DNA of 64,000 nucleotides from Candidatus Latescibacterota bacterium (lineage in GTDB: Bacteria; Latescibacterota; UBA2968; GCA-2709665). The stretch's first letter is position 1, and every line of letters begins with the position of its first letter. The stretch spans positions 192,001 through 256,000 of the forward strand of contig CBDDDZ010000003.1 in NCBI GenBank assembly GCA_965226795.1, read 5' to 3'. This document shows positions 1 through 12,500 of this stretch, piece by piece. The position numbers were made by a program, and so were the translations under genes. Below the pieces are notes generated by a model, which searched no databases, was not told where the DNA came from, and saw nothing but the letters and a program-made list of their open reading frames with translations.

Positions 1-569
1 CGGCATTGCCCATCATCGAGATCCTGGAGGGGGACGTATCCACGTTCGTGCCGACCAACGTGATTTCGATCACGGACGGGCAGATTCTGTTGAAGCCGGA
101 GTTGTTCTATTCCGGCATCCGGCCGGCAATGGACGTCGGCGCTTCCGTTTCCAGGGTCAGTTCGGCCAAAACCCGTGCAATGAGGGCGGTTTCCGGCACG
201 TTGAGCGGCGATATCGCGCGATACAACGAAGTTCAGGCCTTTGCTCAATTCGGGGCGTCGGACCTGGACACGGCGACCCGCAACCTGCTGAACCGAGGCG
301 AGAAACTGATCGAGATTCTCAAACAGGACCAGTACGCGCCGATGTCCCTCGGGGAACAGGTGGTGTCTCTTACCATTGGCGCGAGCATCGACGAATTACC
401 CACGGCGGACGTAAGACGGTTTGAAGTCGAGGTGCTTGCCTATATGCGCGACCACCACCAGGACGTCGTGGACGAGATTACGGGCAGCGAAGCGTTGAGC
501 GACGAGGCGCGGGGCGTCATCGACGCCGCCATTGAAAGCGTGAAACGCGGCTTTCAGGTGTCTTCATAG
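1..569 (+). CDS. atpA: F1 ATP synthase subunit alpha, C-terminal part (truncated by window start)
   Basis: LPIIE..GDVS.FVPTNVISITDGQI, GIRPA.DVG.SVSRV and AFAQFG motifs; directly upstream of atpG. Confidence 0.97.
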   Translation, partial: ALPIIEILEGDVSTFVPTNVISITDGQILLKPELFYSGIRPAMDVGASVSRVSSAKTRAMRAVSGTLSGDIARYNEVQAFAQFGASDLDTATRNLLNRGEKLIEILKQDQYAPMSLGEQVVSLTIGASIDELPTADVRRFEVEVLAYMRDHHQDVVDEITGSEALSDEARGVIDAAIESVKRGFQVSS

Positions 570-588
570 GAGTACGGGGGAATAGCCG

Positions 589-1440
589 GTGGCAACATTG
601 CGTCAACTCAGGAACCGCGTGAGCGGGGTCAAGAATATCCAGAAGGTGACCCACGCCATGCAGTTGGTTGCCGCGGCCAGGGTGCGGAAAGCCCAAGACG
701 CCATTCTTGCTGCCAGGCCCTATGCCGAACAGCTGGACCGCATTCTCCGGCGGCTTACCGAGAACATCGACGCGGATCGGCACCCGCTGTTCCGCCATGG
801 GGAGTCCGGCCGGATCACGGTCGCCATGGTGACGGCGGACCGCGGTCTGTGTGGCGGCTTTAACGCAGGAATCTGCCGTAAGGTGCTTTCGGAACTGGAT
901 GATCATCGTGAAGTCGAACTGGTCGCTATCGGCAGGAAGGGGCGCGATTTCTTTCGTAAACGCGGAAAAACGATCAGCCGGGAATACCTCGACGTGTTTG
1001 CAGATCTGAATCTCGGCCGGGCGGTCGCCATCGCGCGCGACCTGACGGGTCGGTTTATGTCCGGCGACGTGGATCAGGTGTGGATTGCCAACAATGAGTT
1101 CGTCTCCCTCGGACGCCAGGAGCCTGTGATAAACCTGCTTCTGCCGATTGTGCCCCGGGAGACCGGCGAAGAGCATCCTTCGGGCGAGTACATTTTCGAG
1201 CCTGAACCCGGGCAGTTGCTGGATTCGCTGGTGCCCCGGCACGTGAACTTCCAGGTCTGGCGCGCTCTGCTGGAGTCCAATGCCGGAGAACAGGCAGCCC
1301 GTATGACGGCGATGGACAACGCGACCAGGAATGCCGGAGACCTGCTTGAAGAATTGACGCGCGAAATGAACAAAGAGCGCCAGTCTTCAATTACACTGGA
1401 GTTGATGGATATTATCGGCGGTGCAGAGGCGGTGGCGTAG
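589..1440 (+). CDS. atpG: F1 ATP synthase subunit gamma
   Basis: NIQKVT.AMQLVAAA, DRGLCGGFN, EQAARMTAMDNAT.NA and RQ..IT.EL.DIIGGA motifs. Confidence 0.97.
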   Translation: MATLRQLRNRVSGVKNIQKVTHAMQLVAAARVRKAQDAILAARPYAEQLDRILRRLTENIDADRHPLFRHGESGRITVAMVTADRGLCGGFNAGICRKVLSELDDHREVELVAIGRKGRDFFRKRGKTISREYLDVFADLNLGRAVAIARDLTGRFMSGDVDQVWIANNEFVSLGRQEPVINLLLPIVPRETGEEHPSGEYIFEPEPGQLLDSLVPRHVNFQVWRALLESNAGEQAARMTAMDNATRNAGDLLEELTREMNKERQSSITLELMDIIGGAEAVA

Positions 1441-2871
<1,431 letters not shown>

Positions 2872-2896
2872 TATCCGAACTTCGTGCGGGAATGCG

Positions 2897-3301
2897 ATGC
2901 CGACGTTTCAGCTTGAGATCGTAACACCGGAAAAGACGGTCTACTCGGGCGAAGTGGAAAGCCTGCGGGCGCCGGGAACCGAAGGCGGCTTTGGCGTACT
3001 CGCCGGGCACCATCCGATGCTGGCCTCTCTGGGCATCGGACAGATGGTCTTTTCCGAACAGGAGCAGGCGCCAAAGTCCGTCGCGATCAGTGGGGGGTTC
3101 GCGGAAGTCCAGCGCGACCGCGTCACCGTGCTGGCGGAGACGGCGGAACTCGCGCAGGGAATTGACGTGACGCGCGCGGAAGCCGCCAGAGACCGCGCGC
3201 AGGAAAGGCTGGCGCGAAAACGAGATCAACAGATCGACGAAGCTCGGGCGAGCTTGGCCCTGGCGCGGGCGATCAACCGGCTGCGGCTCGGGGACCAATA
3301 A
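2897..3301 (+). CDS. atpC: F1 ATP synthase subunit epsilon
   Basis: LEIVTPE, G.FGVLAGH.P, SGGFAEV, ALARAINRL. Confidence 0.96.
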   Translation: MPTFQLEIVTPEKTVYSGEVESLRAPGTEGGFGVLAGHHPMLASLGIGQMVFSEQEQAPKSVAISGGFAEVQRDRVTVLAETAELAQGIDVTRAEAARDRAQERLARKRDQQIDEARASLALARAINRLRLGDQ

Positions 3302-3339
3302 AGCGAACCGGGCAACTTGGCCACGGCGGCCGATACCGT

Positions 3340-3371
3340 ATGGGTGGGTTCTGAAACCCGCCCGTTTTTTT
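3340..3371 (+). terminator. Rho-independent terminator of the atp operon
   Basis: ATGGGTGGGTT-ctga-AACCCGCCCGT stem (two G-U pairs) followed by a T run, just after atpC. Confidence 0.8.
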
Positions 3372-3506
3372 ATGACATTTTACCCGTACCAATCACTTCC
3401 CGCTGACGGGCTGGTCGGATAAACACGGAAAAAAACCCCACACCACAGGGCGAGCGAAATGAAAATTCGTGAAGCCGCAGGCTATTCCGCTCCGCGATTC
3501 GGTTTT

Positions 3507-3531
3507 GTAGGGGCAACTTTCAAAGTTACCC
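3507..3531 (+). repeat. GTAG-tagged REP-like palindrome
   Basis: GTAGGGGCAACTTTCAAAGTTACCC; near-identical copy at 40806, related copy at 17006 (minus). Confidence 0.8.
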
Positions 3532-3677
3532 GCGTTTTGGCGTGGTTTTCGCGGATAGACTTCGCGTTGCCTTATCGTCAGCCGGTTTTGGCTGAATACT
3601 GATAGCTAACGGGTGGGACGCGGGGTGGCCTTCTTCCTTCTCCCGTCTCACCTCTCACTGCTTTTAGGGGCTTCAAT

Positions 3678-4430
3678 ATGTCCAATTCCACAATTGATCT
3701 CCTGCTCTCACACCGGAGCATTCGCAGGTTCGAGAATCGGCCGCTTCCCGATGGCGTCCTCGAAACACTGATCCGGTGCGGACAGCAGGCGAGCACGTCC
3801 AGCAATCTGCAGGCTTACACCGTCGTTCACGTGGCGGATCCACAGCGGAAAAAGAGACTGGCCGAACTGTGCGCCGATCAGGCGCAGATACACCAGAGCG
3901 CGGCGTTTCTGGCCTTCTGCGCGGATTTGCACCGGGACCGGCTGGCCAACAGGATGCACGGGGCACAGCGGTTCGACGGGGACTATGCGGAGGCGTTGAT
4001 GATCGCGACCGTGGACGTGGCGCTGATGATGCAGAACGTGGCCATCGCCGCGGAGTCTTTGGGATTGGGCATCTGCATGATCGGCGCGATGCGTAACAAT
4101 CCGAAATCGGTGGGCAAGTTGCTGGACCTGCCCCCGTATGTCGTTGCCGTGGCTGGCTTTTGCATCGGGTATCCGGCGCAGGCCCCGGAAGTCAAACCGC
4201 GATTGCCTCTGGATGCGGTCCTGCATCGCGAACGGTATCTCTGCGACGAGACGCATCGATTGGCGATGGAGGAATACGACAGAAACATGGTCGACTTCTA
4301 TACCTCGCAGGGGATGCACGAGGGCGACCAGCGATGGACAACGGTTATGGCGGGGCGCACCGGGCAGTTTCACGCCCGCGCCGAACTGGATGAATTCCTT
4401 ACAGCCCAGGGATTTCAGCTGCGCCGTTGA
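3678..4430 (+). CDS. NADPH-dependent nitroreductase/flavin reductase (NfsA/Frp family)
   Basis: HRSIRRF, QQASTSSNLQAY, AAESLGLGICMIGAMRN, KPRLP. Confidence 0.9.
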   Translation: MSNSTIDLLLSHRSIRRFENRPLPDGVLETLIRCGQQASTSSNLQAYTVVHVADPQRKKRLAELCADQAQIHQSAAFLAFCADLHRDRLANRMHGAQRFDGDYAEALMIATVDVALMMQNVAIAAESLGLGICMIGAMRNNPKSVGKLLDLPPYVVAVAGFCIGYPAQAPEVKPRLPLDAVLHRERYLCDETHRLAMEEYDRNMVDFYTSQGMHEGDQRWTTVMAGRTGQFHARAELDEFLTAQGFQLRR

Positions 4431-4454
4431 ACCGCCGTCCGATCCGCCTAACCC

Positions 4455-4485
4455 TTGACGTTCTCCACGTCATTGTGTATACATT
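4455..4485 (+). promoter_or_regulatory. putative sigma70 promoter of the mod-fic-hepT-res operon
   Basis: TTGACG-17 nt-TATACA upstream of the mod ATG. Confidence 0.4.
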
Positions 4486-4518
4486 GGGAAGCCCTACTTG
4501 CTGCGAGGAACGTCATCC

Positions 4519-7500
4519 ATGAGCACATCGATCGAAAAATTCCAGGATCTTCTGCGAGAGTTATTCCAATTCGACTGTGCCGACCTCGACTTTGGCATCT
4601 ACCGCATTATGAATCACAAGCGGGACGTTATCGAGCGGTTTATTGTAGAGAATCTGCCCAATGCCGTCGCTGAAGAATTAGACACAGGCGTGGCCGCCGA
4701 GCAAGCGGAGGCCGAGAAAAAACTCCAAGAAATCCGAAAACAGATTTGGGAATCCTTCGGCCACGCCGCCATCGATGCTGACGGAAACCTTGCGGAGATG
4801 TTTCACAACACGCCCCTCGGAAAGAGCTACTTTGAGTTAATGGCGAAATCTGCAGGCGGCCAGGGTCAGGAAGCGCTTGAAGCGACGATCTTCAATCATC
4901 TATACGCTTTCTTTAGCCGTTACTACCAGGACGGCGATTTCATTTCCAAACGCCGTTATTCAAAGCGTCATCGTTATGCCATTCCTTATAACGGCGAAGA
5001 GGTCCACCTCCATTGGGCAAACAGAGATCAATACTATGTGAAGACTGGCGAACACTTCCAGGACTATACCTTTAGGTCGCGCGGCATCGCAGTGCATTTC
5101 AAGCTTCGCGCGGCCGAGGTCGAAAAGGACAACGTCAAGAGCGACAGGCGGTTTTTCGTACCGTATGCCGAATCTATCTCCTATGATGAAACGGTCCGCC
5201 GCCTCGAAATCCCCTTTGAATACCGGGCACTTACTAAGCAGGAAGAAAACTCCTATGGCAAGAACAAACAACAGGAAAATATAATTGCCAAAGCGGTAAA
5301 TGAGATTTCCGATCGGCTTAATCATCTCCCTGACGCATTGGCCGCGGTGATCGCCGAGAAATCCAACAATGGAAAAGGAGAATCGATCACCGTTCTCAAA
5401 CACCACATGTGCCAGTATACCCGGCGCAACACCTCCGATTTCTTCATCCACAAAGACCTGAAGGGCTTCCTGACTCGTGAACTCGATTTCTACCTTAAGA
5501 ACGAAGTGTTGAGCCTCGACGAAATGGAAGCGGCAGGCGAGGAACGATCCGAGGGCTGGTTTCAGACAATGCGGACGATTCGCTCGGTCGGAGGCCGAAT
5601 CATCGACTTCCTCGACCAGATCGAAAACTTTCAGAGAATGCTTTGGAAAAAGCGCAAATTCGTTACTGAGACGCAATATTGCATTACGGTTAAGCACGTC
5701 AATGAAGTCTTTTTCGAAGAAATCGCCCTGTGTGACGCGCAATGGCTTGAGTGGCGAGAATTGTTCGGCATTGACGAAGATCAAGTCGACCTCTTCAACG
5801 CCGACATGGACAGGACAAACAAACGTGTCGAGTTCTTGAGGTTAACTCCAACTCTCGTGATTGACACCAAACACTTCGAACTAGACTTCGTGGATCGGAT
5901 CTTGGGCAGTTATGACGATGTGGATGGCACAACCGACGGATTACTAATTCATAGTGAAAACTGGCAAGCACTTAATTTTCTTTCCGAACAGAACCGCCAT
6001 GCGGTGAAATGCGTATATATAGATCCGCCATTCAATACCGCTGCATCCGAAATCCTCTACAAAAACAACTACAAACATTCTTCATGGCTTTCGCTCATGA
6101 ATGACAGGCTCGCTATCGCCGTGGAGATGCTGAATTCCCAAGGATTCTTGTGTGTGGCAATCGACGACTCTGAATACCATCGTCTACGTGACGCTTTGTC
6201 GACCGTCATTGGAACGGGTACAGTATTGAGTACCGCGATTATTCGTAGTAATCCCGCAGGCCGTTCGACTCTCACGGGCTTTTCCGTCGCACACGAATAT
6301 GCAATATTCGCCGCGAACACAAACGCTACGGTTGTCGGCCGTTTACCAAAGTCCGAAGAACAAAAGGCGAGATATAAAGAAAGGGATGTTACCGGACCAT
6401 TCGAGCTAGTCAATTTCAGAAAGCACGGCGGTTTCAACGCTAATCGATTTGCACGACCCAGACTATTCTATCCGATTTTCGCTAGTGTAGCAGGCGCGGT
6501 TCGAATTCCATCATTGGATTGGAACAACGAAAAAGGTAAATGGGAGTCTTCGACCGAAGTGTTAAATGGAGAGGAAGTCATCTACCCCATAAATGCAAAG
6601 GGTGAAGAGAAGACGTGGAAATGGGGACACGAGACGGCTATCAGGAAAATCTCCGATCTCACGGCCAGACCGGATCTAACCGGAAAGTTAGGCATCTATA
6701 TGAAGTCACGAATGAGTGAGGGGACTTTACCGTCAACTCTATGGACTGATAAGAAATATTCCGCAACCGACTACGGCACCAATCTGCTTGCCCACATCTT
6801 GGGTTCGTCCGATGCCTTTTCATTTCCTAAATCAGTCTACACTGTTGAAGATTGTCTACGGGTTTGTCAGTTGAACGATGCGGACTATTGTGTCGATTTT
6901 TTCGCTGGCTCCGGTACATCTGGCCATGCTGTCATCAACCTTAACCGGGAAGACGGTGGCCAACGCAAGTTCATCCTCGTTGAAATGGCCAAGTATTTTG
7001 ATTCCGTATTACTACCCCGCATGAAAAAGGTCACGTTTGCACCCGAATGGAAGGATGGCAAACCCAAGTGTGCCGCAACTCCCCAAGACGTCGAACGGAG
7101 CCCACGTATTGTCAAGTATATGCGCCTTGAAAGCTATGAAGACGCGCTAAACAACATCGACTTCGAAGAGGCTTCTGCTCAGCAGACGTTGCCATTCCAC
7201 GAATACCTGCTCAAATACATGCTAAAATGGGAAACCAGGCGTAGCGAAACGTTGCTAAACGTAGAGAAGCTCTCGAAGCCATTCTCCTATCTACTGAACA
7301 TCCACTCCGATGGCCAGACGCGGCAGAAAATTGCCGACATCCCGGAGACCTTCAACTACCTGATCGGACTGCACGTTCAGACGCGGCACGTCCATTACGA
7401 CGACGACCGGCGATACCTTGTCTATCGCGGCCAGATTGACGAGCGTCGGGTTGCCGTCATCTGGCGAGAAACGGAGAATTGGCAGAAGGCGGACTTTGAG

Positions 7501-7641
7501 CGGGACAGAGATTTCGTTGGCAAGCAGAAATTGACTGAGGACGCAGACGATGTATACGTTAACGGCGACTCGTTTATACGTGAGGCGAAAGCTCTGGAGC
7601 CCTTGTTCAAGCGACGGATGTTTGCAGGAACGGTGAAATAG
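4519..7641 (+). CDS. mod: type III restriction-modification methyltransferase (Mod, beta-class amino-MTase)
   Basis: N-terminal LFQFD.ADLDFGIYRIMN; YIDPPFNT (motif IV) precedes DFFAGSGT (motif I); RLESYEDALNN; res-like gene downstream. Confidence 0.9.
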   Translation: MSTSIEKFQDLLRELFQFDCADLDFGIYRIMNHKRDVIERFIVENLPNAVAEELDTGVAAEQAEAEKKLQEIRKQIWESFGHAAIDADGNLAEMFHNTPLGKSYFELMAKSAGGQGQEALEATIFNHLYAFFSRYYQDGDFISKRRYSKRHRYAIPYNGEEVHLHWANRDQYYVKTGEHFQDYTFRSRGIAVHFKLRAAEVEKDNVKSDRRFFVPYAESISYDETVRRLEIPFEYRALTKQEENSYGKNKQQENIIAKAVNEISDRLNHLPDALAAVIAEKSNNGKGESITVLKHHMCQYTRRNTSDFFIHKDLKGFLTRELDFYLKNEVLSLDEMEAAGEERSEGWFQTMRTIRSVGGRIIDFLDQIENFQRMLWKKRKFVTETQYCITVKHVNEVFFEEIALCDAQWLEWRELFGIDEDQVDLFNADMDRTNKRVEFLRLTPTLVIDTKHFELDFVDRILGSYDDVDGTTDGLLIHSENWQALNFLSEQNRHAVKCVYIDPPFNTAASEILYKNNYKHSSWLSLMNDRLAIAVEMLNSQGFLCVAIDDSEYHRLRDALSTVIGTGTVLSTAIIRSNPAGRSTLTGFSVAHEYAIFAANTNATVVGRLPKSEEQKARYKERDVTGPFELVNFRKHGGFNANRFARPRLFYPIFASVAGAVRIPSLDWNNEKGKWESSTEVLNGEEVIYPINAKGEEKTWKWGHETAIRKISDLTARPDLTGKLGIYMKSRMSEGTLPSTLWTDKKYSATDYGTNLLAHILGSSDAFSFPKSVYTVEDCLRVCQLNDADYCVDFFAGSGTSGHAVINLNREDGGQRKFILVEMAKYFDSVLLPRMKKVTFAPEWKDGKPKCAATPQDVERSPRIVKYMRLESYEDALNNIDFEEASAQQTLPFHEYLLKYMLKWETRRSETLLNVEKLSKPFSYLLNIHSDGQTRQKIADIPETFNYLIGLHVQTRHVHYDDDRRYLVYRGQIDERRVAVIWRETENWQKADFERDRDFVGKQKLTEDADDVYVNGDSFIREAKALEPLFKRRMFAGTVK

Positions 7642-9159
7642 ATGGCACCTAAAGACTCAAAGAAACAAGGCTGGAAATTCTGGAAGCAATGGGTAGCCGT
7701 GGAACGGAAACGGGACGAAGAAACACAGGTTCCTGCGTCGGACTCGTCTACTCATTCGGCCGATCCCGCTGAGGACGAAGGTTTGACAAGAGACCAGCAT
7801 GGGCAGGAACTGGCTTTGAATCATATCAACACTCCGACCAGTTCTACGGCCATTGACGAGATTGATCGCCTGAAATTGGAATTAGACGCATTGCGACCTT
7901 TACCTTTCGATGTCGTGGGGCAGATAGAACAAAAACTCAGAATCGAGTCGAACTATCACTCCAATGCCATAGAAGGCAACAGCCTGACCCTTGGGGAAAC
8001 GAGAAGCCTGATCCTCCACGGACTCACCGCGCATGGAAAGACGATGCGGGACCATCTGGACATCGAGGGCCATGACGAGGCGGTAAAGGCAATCGAGGAT
8101 GCAGTAAAACGAAACGAATCTCTCAATGAAGTCTTCATCCGAAATCTCCATAGGATATTGTTGAAAGAGCCCTACGAAATTGACGCAATTACGCCGGATG
8201 GACAGCCCACGAGGCGACTCATTACCATTGGACAATACAAAACCCAACCAAACAACGTGGAGACCTCAACCGGCGAGATTTACTACTACACCCCGCCCGA
8301 TCAGGTAAAGCCGGAGATGACCGATCTTATTGACTGGTATAGAAAGACCGAGAACGTGGGCGAACACCCCATCGTCATAGCCGCAACGTTTCACTACCGC
8401 TTTGTGCGGATTCATCCTTTTGACGATGGAAACGGACGCATTGCGCGGCTACTGATGAATCTGATTCTCATCAAACACGGCTACACGGTGGCGATCATAC
8501 CCATACAGGAACGAAACCGCTACATTGAATCACTTGAGCAGGCAGATAAGTCAGAAGACCTGGCCGAATTCATCGCGTATGTTGCCGGGTGCTGTGAATA
8601 CACCTTGGGTCTCCATCTGAAAGCTGCCCGGGGCGAGAATATTGAAGAGGCGGACGACATCGATAAAGAGATCGCACTCTTTAAGCAGTCAATTGACAGG
8701 GGTACAGGTGAGTTGATTCGAGCTAGAGAGTATGCGCGCACGGTGTTGCATCCGTTTTTTTATTATTGTAAAGATAAATGCGAGCAGTTTACCGAAATGG
8801 TCGAGAGTGCTGATGTATATAGTGGTGAATGTTCATTGAGAAATGTAGACGGCAAAGTATCAAGTCTTGATATGCCTGAGGATAAGGTTGCGGCTTGGCC
8901 GGAATACGCCGCCTTCGCCACTACATCCATAGGAATCTCTTTTAACCAATTTCAGGCCAAGCAAGATGCGGATTTTTATTTCCGAATTGAGAATGAAATT
9001 GGATCGAATGGCTCCATCTGGCGGTTTTCGTCAACTGACTTCAATTACGAAAAAGAATATGCGGGTCAAAACCTGGAGGTGCTCAAGAGGATATTTAACG
9101 AGATGATTAGACAACTTATGACGAGGCTCTCGGAGATTTCTGACAACCAGGACGGGTAG
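7642..9159 (+). CDS. Fic-domain protein (class II) with C-terminal extension
   Basis: Canonical HPFDDGNGRIAR motif and upstream inhibitory SNAIEGN motif; ATG directly follows the mod stop. Confidence 0.92.
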   Translation: MAPKDSKKQGWKFWKQWVAVERKRDEETQVPASDSSTHSADPAEDEGLTRDQHGQELALNHINTPTSSTAIDEIDRLKLELDALRPLPFDVVGQIEQKLRIESNYHSNAIEGNSLTLGETRSLILHGLTAHGKTMRDHLDIEGHDEAVKAIEDAVKRNESLNEVFIRNLHRILLKEPYEIDAITPDGQPTRRLITIGQYKTQPNNVETSTGEIYYYTPPDQVKPEMTDLIDWYRKTENVGEHPIVIAATFHYRFVRIHPFDDGNGRIARLLMNLILIKHGYTVAIIPIQERNRYIESLEQADKSEDLAEFIAYVAGCCEYTLGLHLKAARGENIEEADDIDKEIALFKQSIDRGTGELIRAREYARTVLHPFFYYCKDKCEQFTEMVESADVYSGECSLRNVDGKVSSLDMPEDKVAAWPEYAAFATTSIGISFNQFQAKQDADFYFRIENEIGSNGSIWRFSSTDFNYEKEYAGQNLEVLKRIFNEMIRQLMTRLSEISDNQDG

Positions 9160-9223
9160 GGTTAAAGGAGAAGAGAGCAGCCGCGACGTGTCATTGAGAA
9201 TTCCAGTTCGGCGGAGTACGTGT

Positions 9224-9574
9224 ATGGTAAGATATCCGTATGCTGACCGTGCAAGCCTCGAAGATATGCGGAACCACGCAAGGGAAGCTGTTGTATTGCT
9301 CGGTACTCCAAGCCTGAACGAGTTGTCCAATAATCGGCTCCTGGAACTCGCGCAACGAAAATTGGTCGAGATTGTTGGTGAGGCGCCAATCCGTATCTCA
9401 ATTCCAACGCGACAGCGGTTCAAGGAAATTCCCTGGCCACAGACTGTTTTAATGCGCAGTCGGCTGGGTCCGAAATGCGCTGAACTGAGTCTCGAGAAAT
9501 TGTGGGACACCTTAAATAACGACCTGCCGCCGCTGATAGAAAGGCTGGAATTAATCGTAAAGGACGAACCATAG
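9224..9574 (+). CDS. HepT/DUF86-like HEPN protein with degenerate active site
   Basis: D...L.DM..HAREA, VEIVGEA..RIS, EIPW....MR.RL, LWDT...DLPPLI pattern; RX4HXY replaced by RSRLGPKC. Confidence 0.75.
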   Translation: MVRYPYADRASLEDMRNHAREAVVLLGTPSLNELSNNRLLELAQRKLVEIVGEAPIRISIPTRQRFKEIPWPQTVLMRSRLGPKCAELSLEKLWDTLNNDLPPLIERLELIVKDEP

Positions 9575-9576
9575 AA

Positions 9577-12500
9577 ATGCCGCCCTTAGAAAAAACCGAC
9601 CTGGATCAGCACCTGGTCTTGTTGGCCTGGCTAAACCGGCAGTTCGGCTACCAAAATAACCGTGAACTGCTGGCCGACATGAAGGATGCGGAGGGGTTCG
9701 CTGAGGGTCACAGTCATGTCTATCATCGGTTGATAGGGCGCGGCGACGCGTTGAATATCGCCCAGGAAGTTCTTGTACAATACGACGATAACGTACATAT
9801 CCACCTGAAGGCTATGAATTCCAATCGATCTAAACCGATCCATCTGCGATACTTCCAATACCTCGCGGCACTATACACGGAATTGTTCCTGCATCGGTAC
9901 TTCAACCAACTGGGTGAGATGCTTGGGTCCCTGAATGCGTTCTCCGCCGAACGCAATAAAGGTGAAGAGTTCTGCGAATCCGACTTGAAGAAGTTGGCCT
10001 TCTGGATGGCGACCGGAAGCGGCAAGACCCTCATTATGCACCTCAACTATCGTCAATTCCTGCACTACAATAATCAGACTCTGGACAACGTCTTGCTGAT
10101 TACCCCTAACGAAGGACTGAGTGAACAGCACATGAGCGAAATGGGGGCCTCGAACATCCGCTGCGGTCCGTTCGACATGAACGAGGGCGGCCAAAAAGAC
10201 GATGTGAGGGTCATTGAAATCACCAAACTAGTCGAGCAGAAGCGAGGCGGAGGCGTTAGCGTACCCGTCGAAGCATTCGAAGGCAACAACCTTATTTTCG
10301 TCGATGAAGGGCATAAGGGTTCCGGTGGCGAGGTGTGGCGGCGTTACCGCGACGACCTCGGCGAGAGTGGCTTTACATTTGAATACAGCGCCACTTTTGG
10401 CCAAGCCTTGAGAGCGGTTGCCAACGACAAGCTTACCCGGGATACGGAAAGGCCATTGCATTCGATTACTCGTATAGATATTTCCACGGCGATGGTTACG
10501 GCAAGGACTTCCGCGTACTCAATCTCGTCGAGGAGACCACCGAGGAAAAGACGGATACGTTACTGCTCGGCAACCTGCTGTCCTTCTACGAGCAGCAATG
10601 CGTCTTCACCCAGTCTGCCGAAGAATTGCGTCCGTACGATCTGGAAAAGCCCCTATGGGTCTTTGTCGGCAGCACGGTAAATGCAGTGTATACCAAGAAC
10701 AAGGAGAAACGCAGTGACGTGCTGACCGTGGCGCTGTTCCTGCATCGCGTCTTGAGCCGGCGCGAATGGACAATCTGTGCGATTAATCGACTCGTTAAGG
10801 GCGAGAGCGACCTGGTAACCCCGGACGGAAGAGACGTATTCGCTGGCAAGTTCACATACCTCAGGGAGTTGCAGCGCCCCGCCAGGGAAATTTACGATGA
10901 CATACTAAAAAAGGTATTCCATGCTCCAGCCGGGGGCGGTCTGCACGTCTGTGCAATCCGGGGCGCCGACGGCGAATTAGGCCTCAAAGCGAGCGGCGCC
11001 GATGAATATTTCGGCCTTATCTACATCGGGGACGTCAGCGCATTCAAGAAACTGGTAGAAAATGATGAGACTGGAATAACGTTGGAAGAAGACGCTCTGT
11101 CCGGCTCACTATTCGAGAATATCAATAATCCGCAGACTGGCATTCAGGTTCTCATTGGCGCAAAGAAATTTATGGAGGGATGGAACTCCTGGCGCGTGTC
11201 GAACATGGGACTCCTGAACATCGGACGCAGCGAGGGATCGGAAATTATCCAACTCTTCGGCCGCGGGGTGCGCCTGCGAGGCAAGAATGCCAGCCTAAAG
11301 CGGAGTACGGAGTTGGCCGGCACCCATCCTGAACAAATTAGGTTATTGGAAACGCTCGATATCTTCGCGATTCGCGCAAACTACATGGCTCGGTTCCGCG
11401 ATTATCTTGAGCGAGAAGGCGTAGATATGGACGGGTACGATGAGCTACCTCTTCTTGTCCGCCATGACAAGAAACTGCTCAATGCAGGACTGGTCGTACC
11501 TCGGATAAAAGAAGGTAGCGAATTCGTCAAGACTCAAAGTCTTCTCTTGAAGCCGGATTCTGAATTAAAAAAAATTCGGGTCGACTTGTCGCTAAAGGTT
11601 CAGGCGCTGGAAAGCAGCAAAGACGGACTTGTGACCTCTGACGCGCATTCGGGAGACGAGCGGGTACTCCCCCAAGAGAGCCTGGCCCTCGTGGATTGGG
11701 AGCAGGTCTATCTCGACCTGATCGAATATAAGGAGCAGAAGGGTTATAACAACCTTACTATACCTCTGTGCGCGCCACGCCAGATTCTTGAGAATCGCGA
11801 CCGGTACACTCTAGTTGTGGAAGAAACGGTCGTCCGGCCACAATCATTTGACGATATACATCGTCTACAAGAAGCGGCAACCCGCATATTGCGGAAGTAC
11901 ACCGACGCCTTCTACCATACACATCGCGAGCGCTGGGAATCGCAGCAGATGGTGTACAAAACCCTCGACGAGCGCGATCCGAATTTGAGCTTTGGCCGTG
12001 AGTCGGAGGGAAACGGCCAATACATTGTCGGTATCAGGCGCTCCAAGCAAGAATTGGTGGAGAAGATCGAAGACCTGATTTCCGATTGCGAGCGCCTCTA
12101 CCAAAAGGAAACAGAGGAGTTGCCGCGCCTGCACTTTGACCGGCATCTCTATCAGCCGTTATTGATTGAAGCAGGGGATGAAAATCTAAAAACGACTCCG
12201 CCCGCATTGAATGACAGCGAAAAACGGTTTGTGAAGGATTTGAAGGACTACTGGTTGGAGGAGAAGGACGGCAGGCTGTCCGGCCGGGAGGTGTTTCTAC
12301 TGCGGAATCAGAGCCGTGGCGCGGGCGTGGGATTTTTCGAGTCGAGCGGCTTCTATCCGGACTTCATCCTTTGGATTAAGGAAGGAGAGAAACAACACAT
12401 CGTTTTTGTCGAGCCGCACGGAATGCTTCACGCCAAAGCATACAAACACGACGAAAAAGCGCGGCTTCACGAAAGGATGTCGGAAATGGCTGAACGTATC

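Noticed and set aside
140..200. AtpA VSRVSSAK instead of the usual VSRVGG.AQ
   Set aside because: Small in-frame divergence; cannot be distinguished from lineage variation without an alignment.
4519..4800. Phase-variable simple-sequence repeat in mod
   Set aside because: No long homopolymer or short tandem repeat seen at the 5' end.
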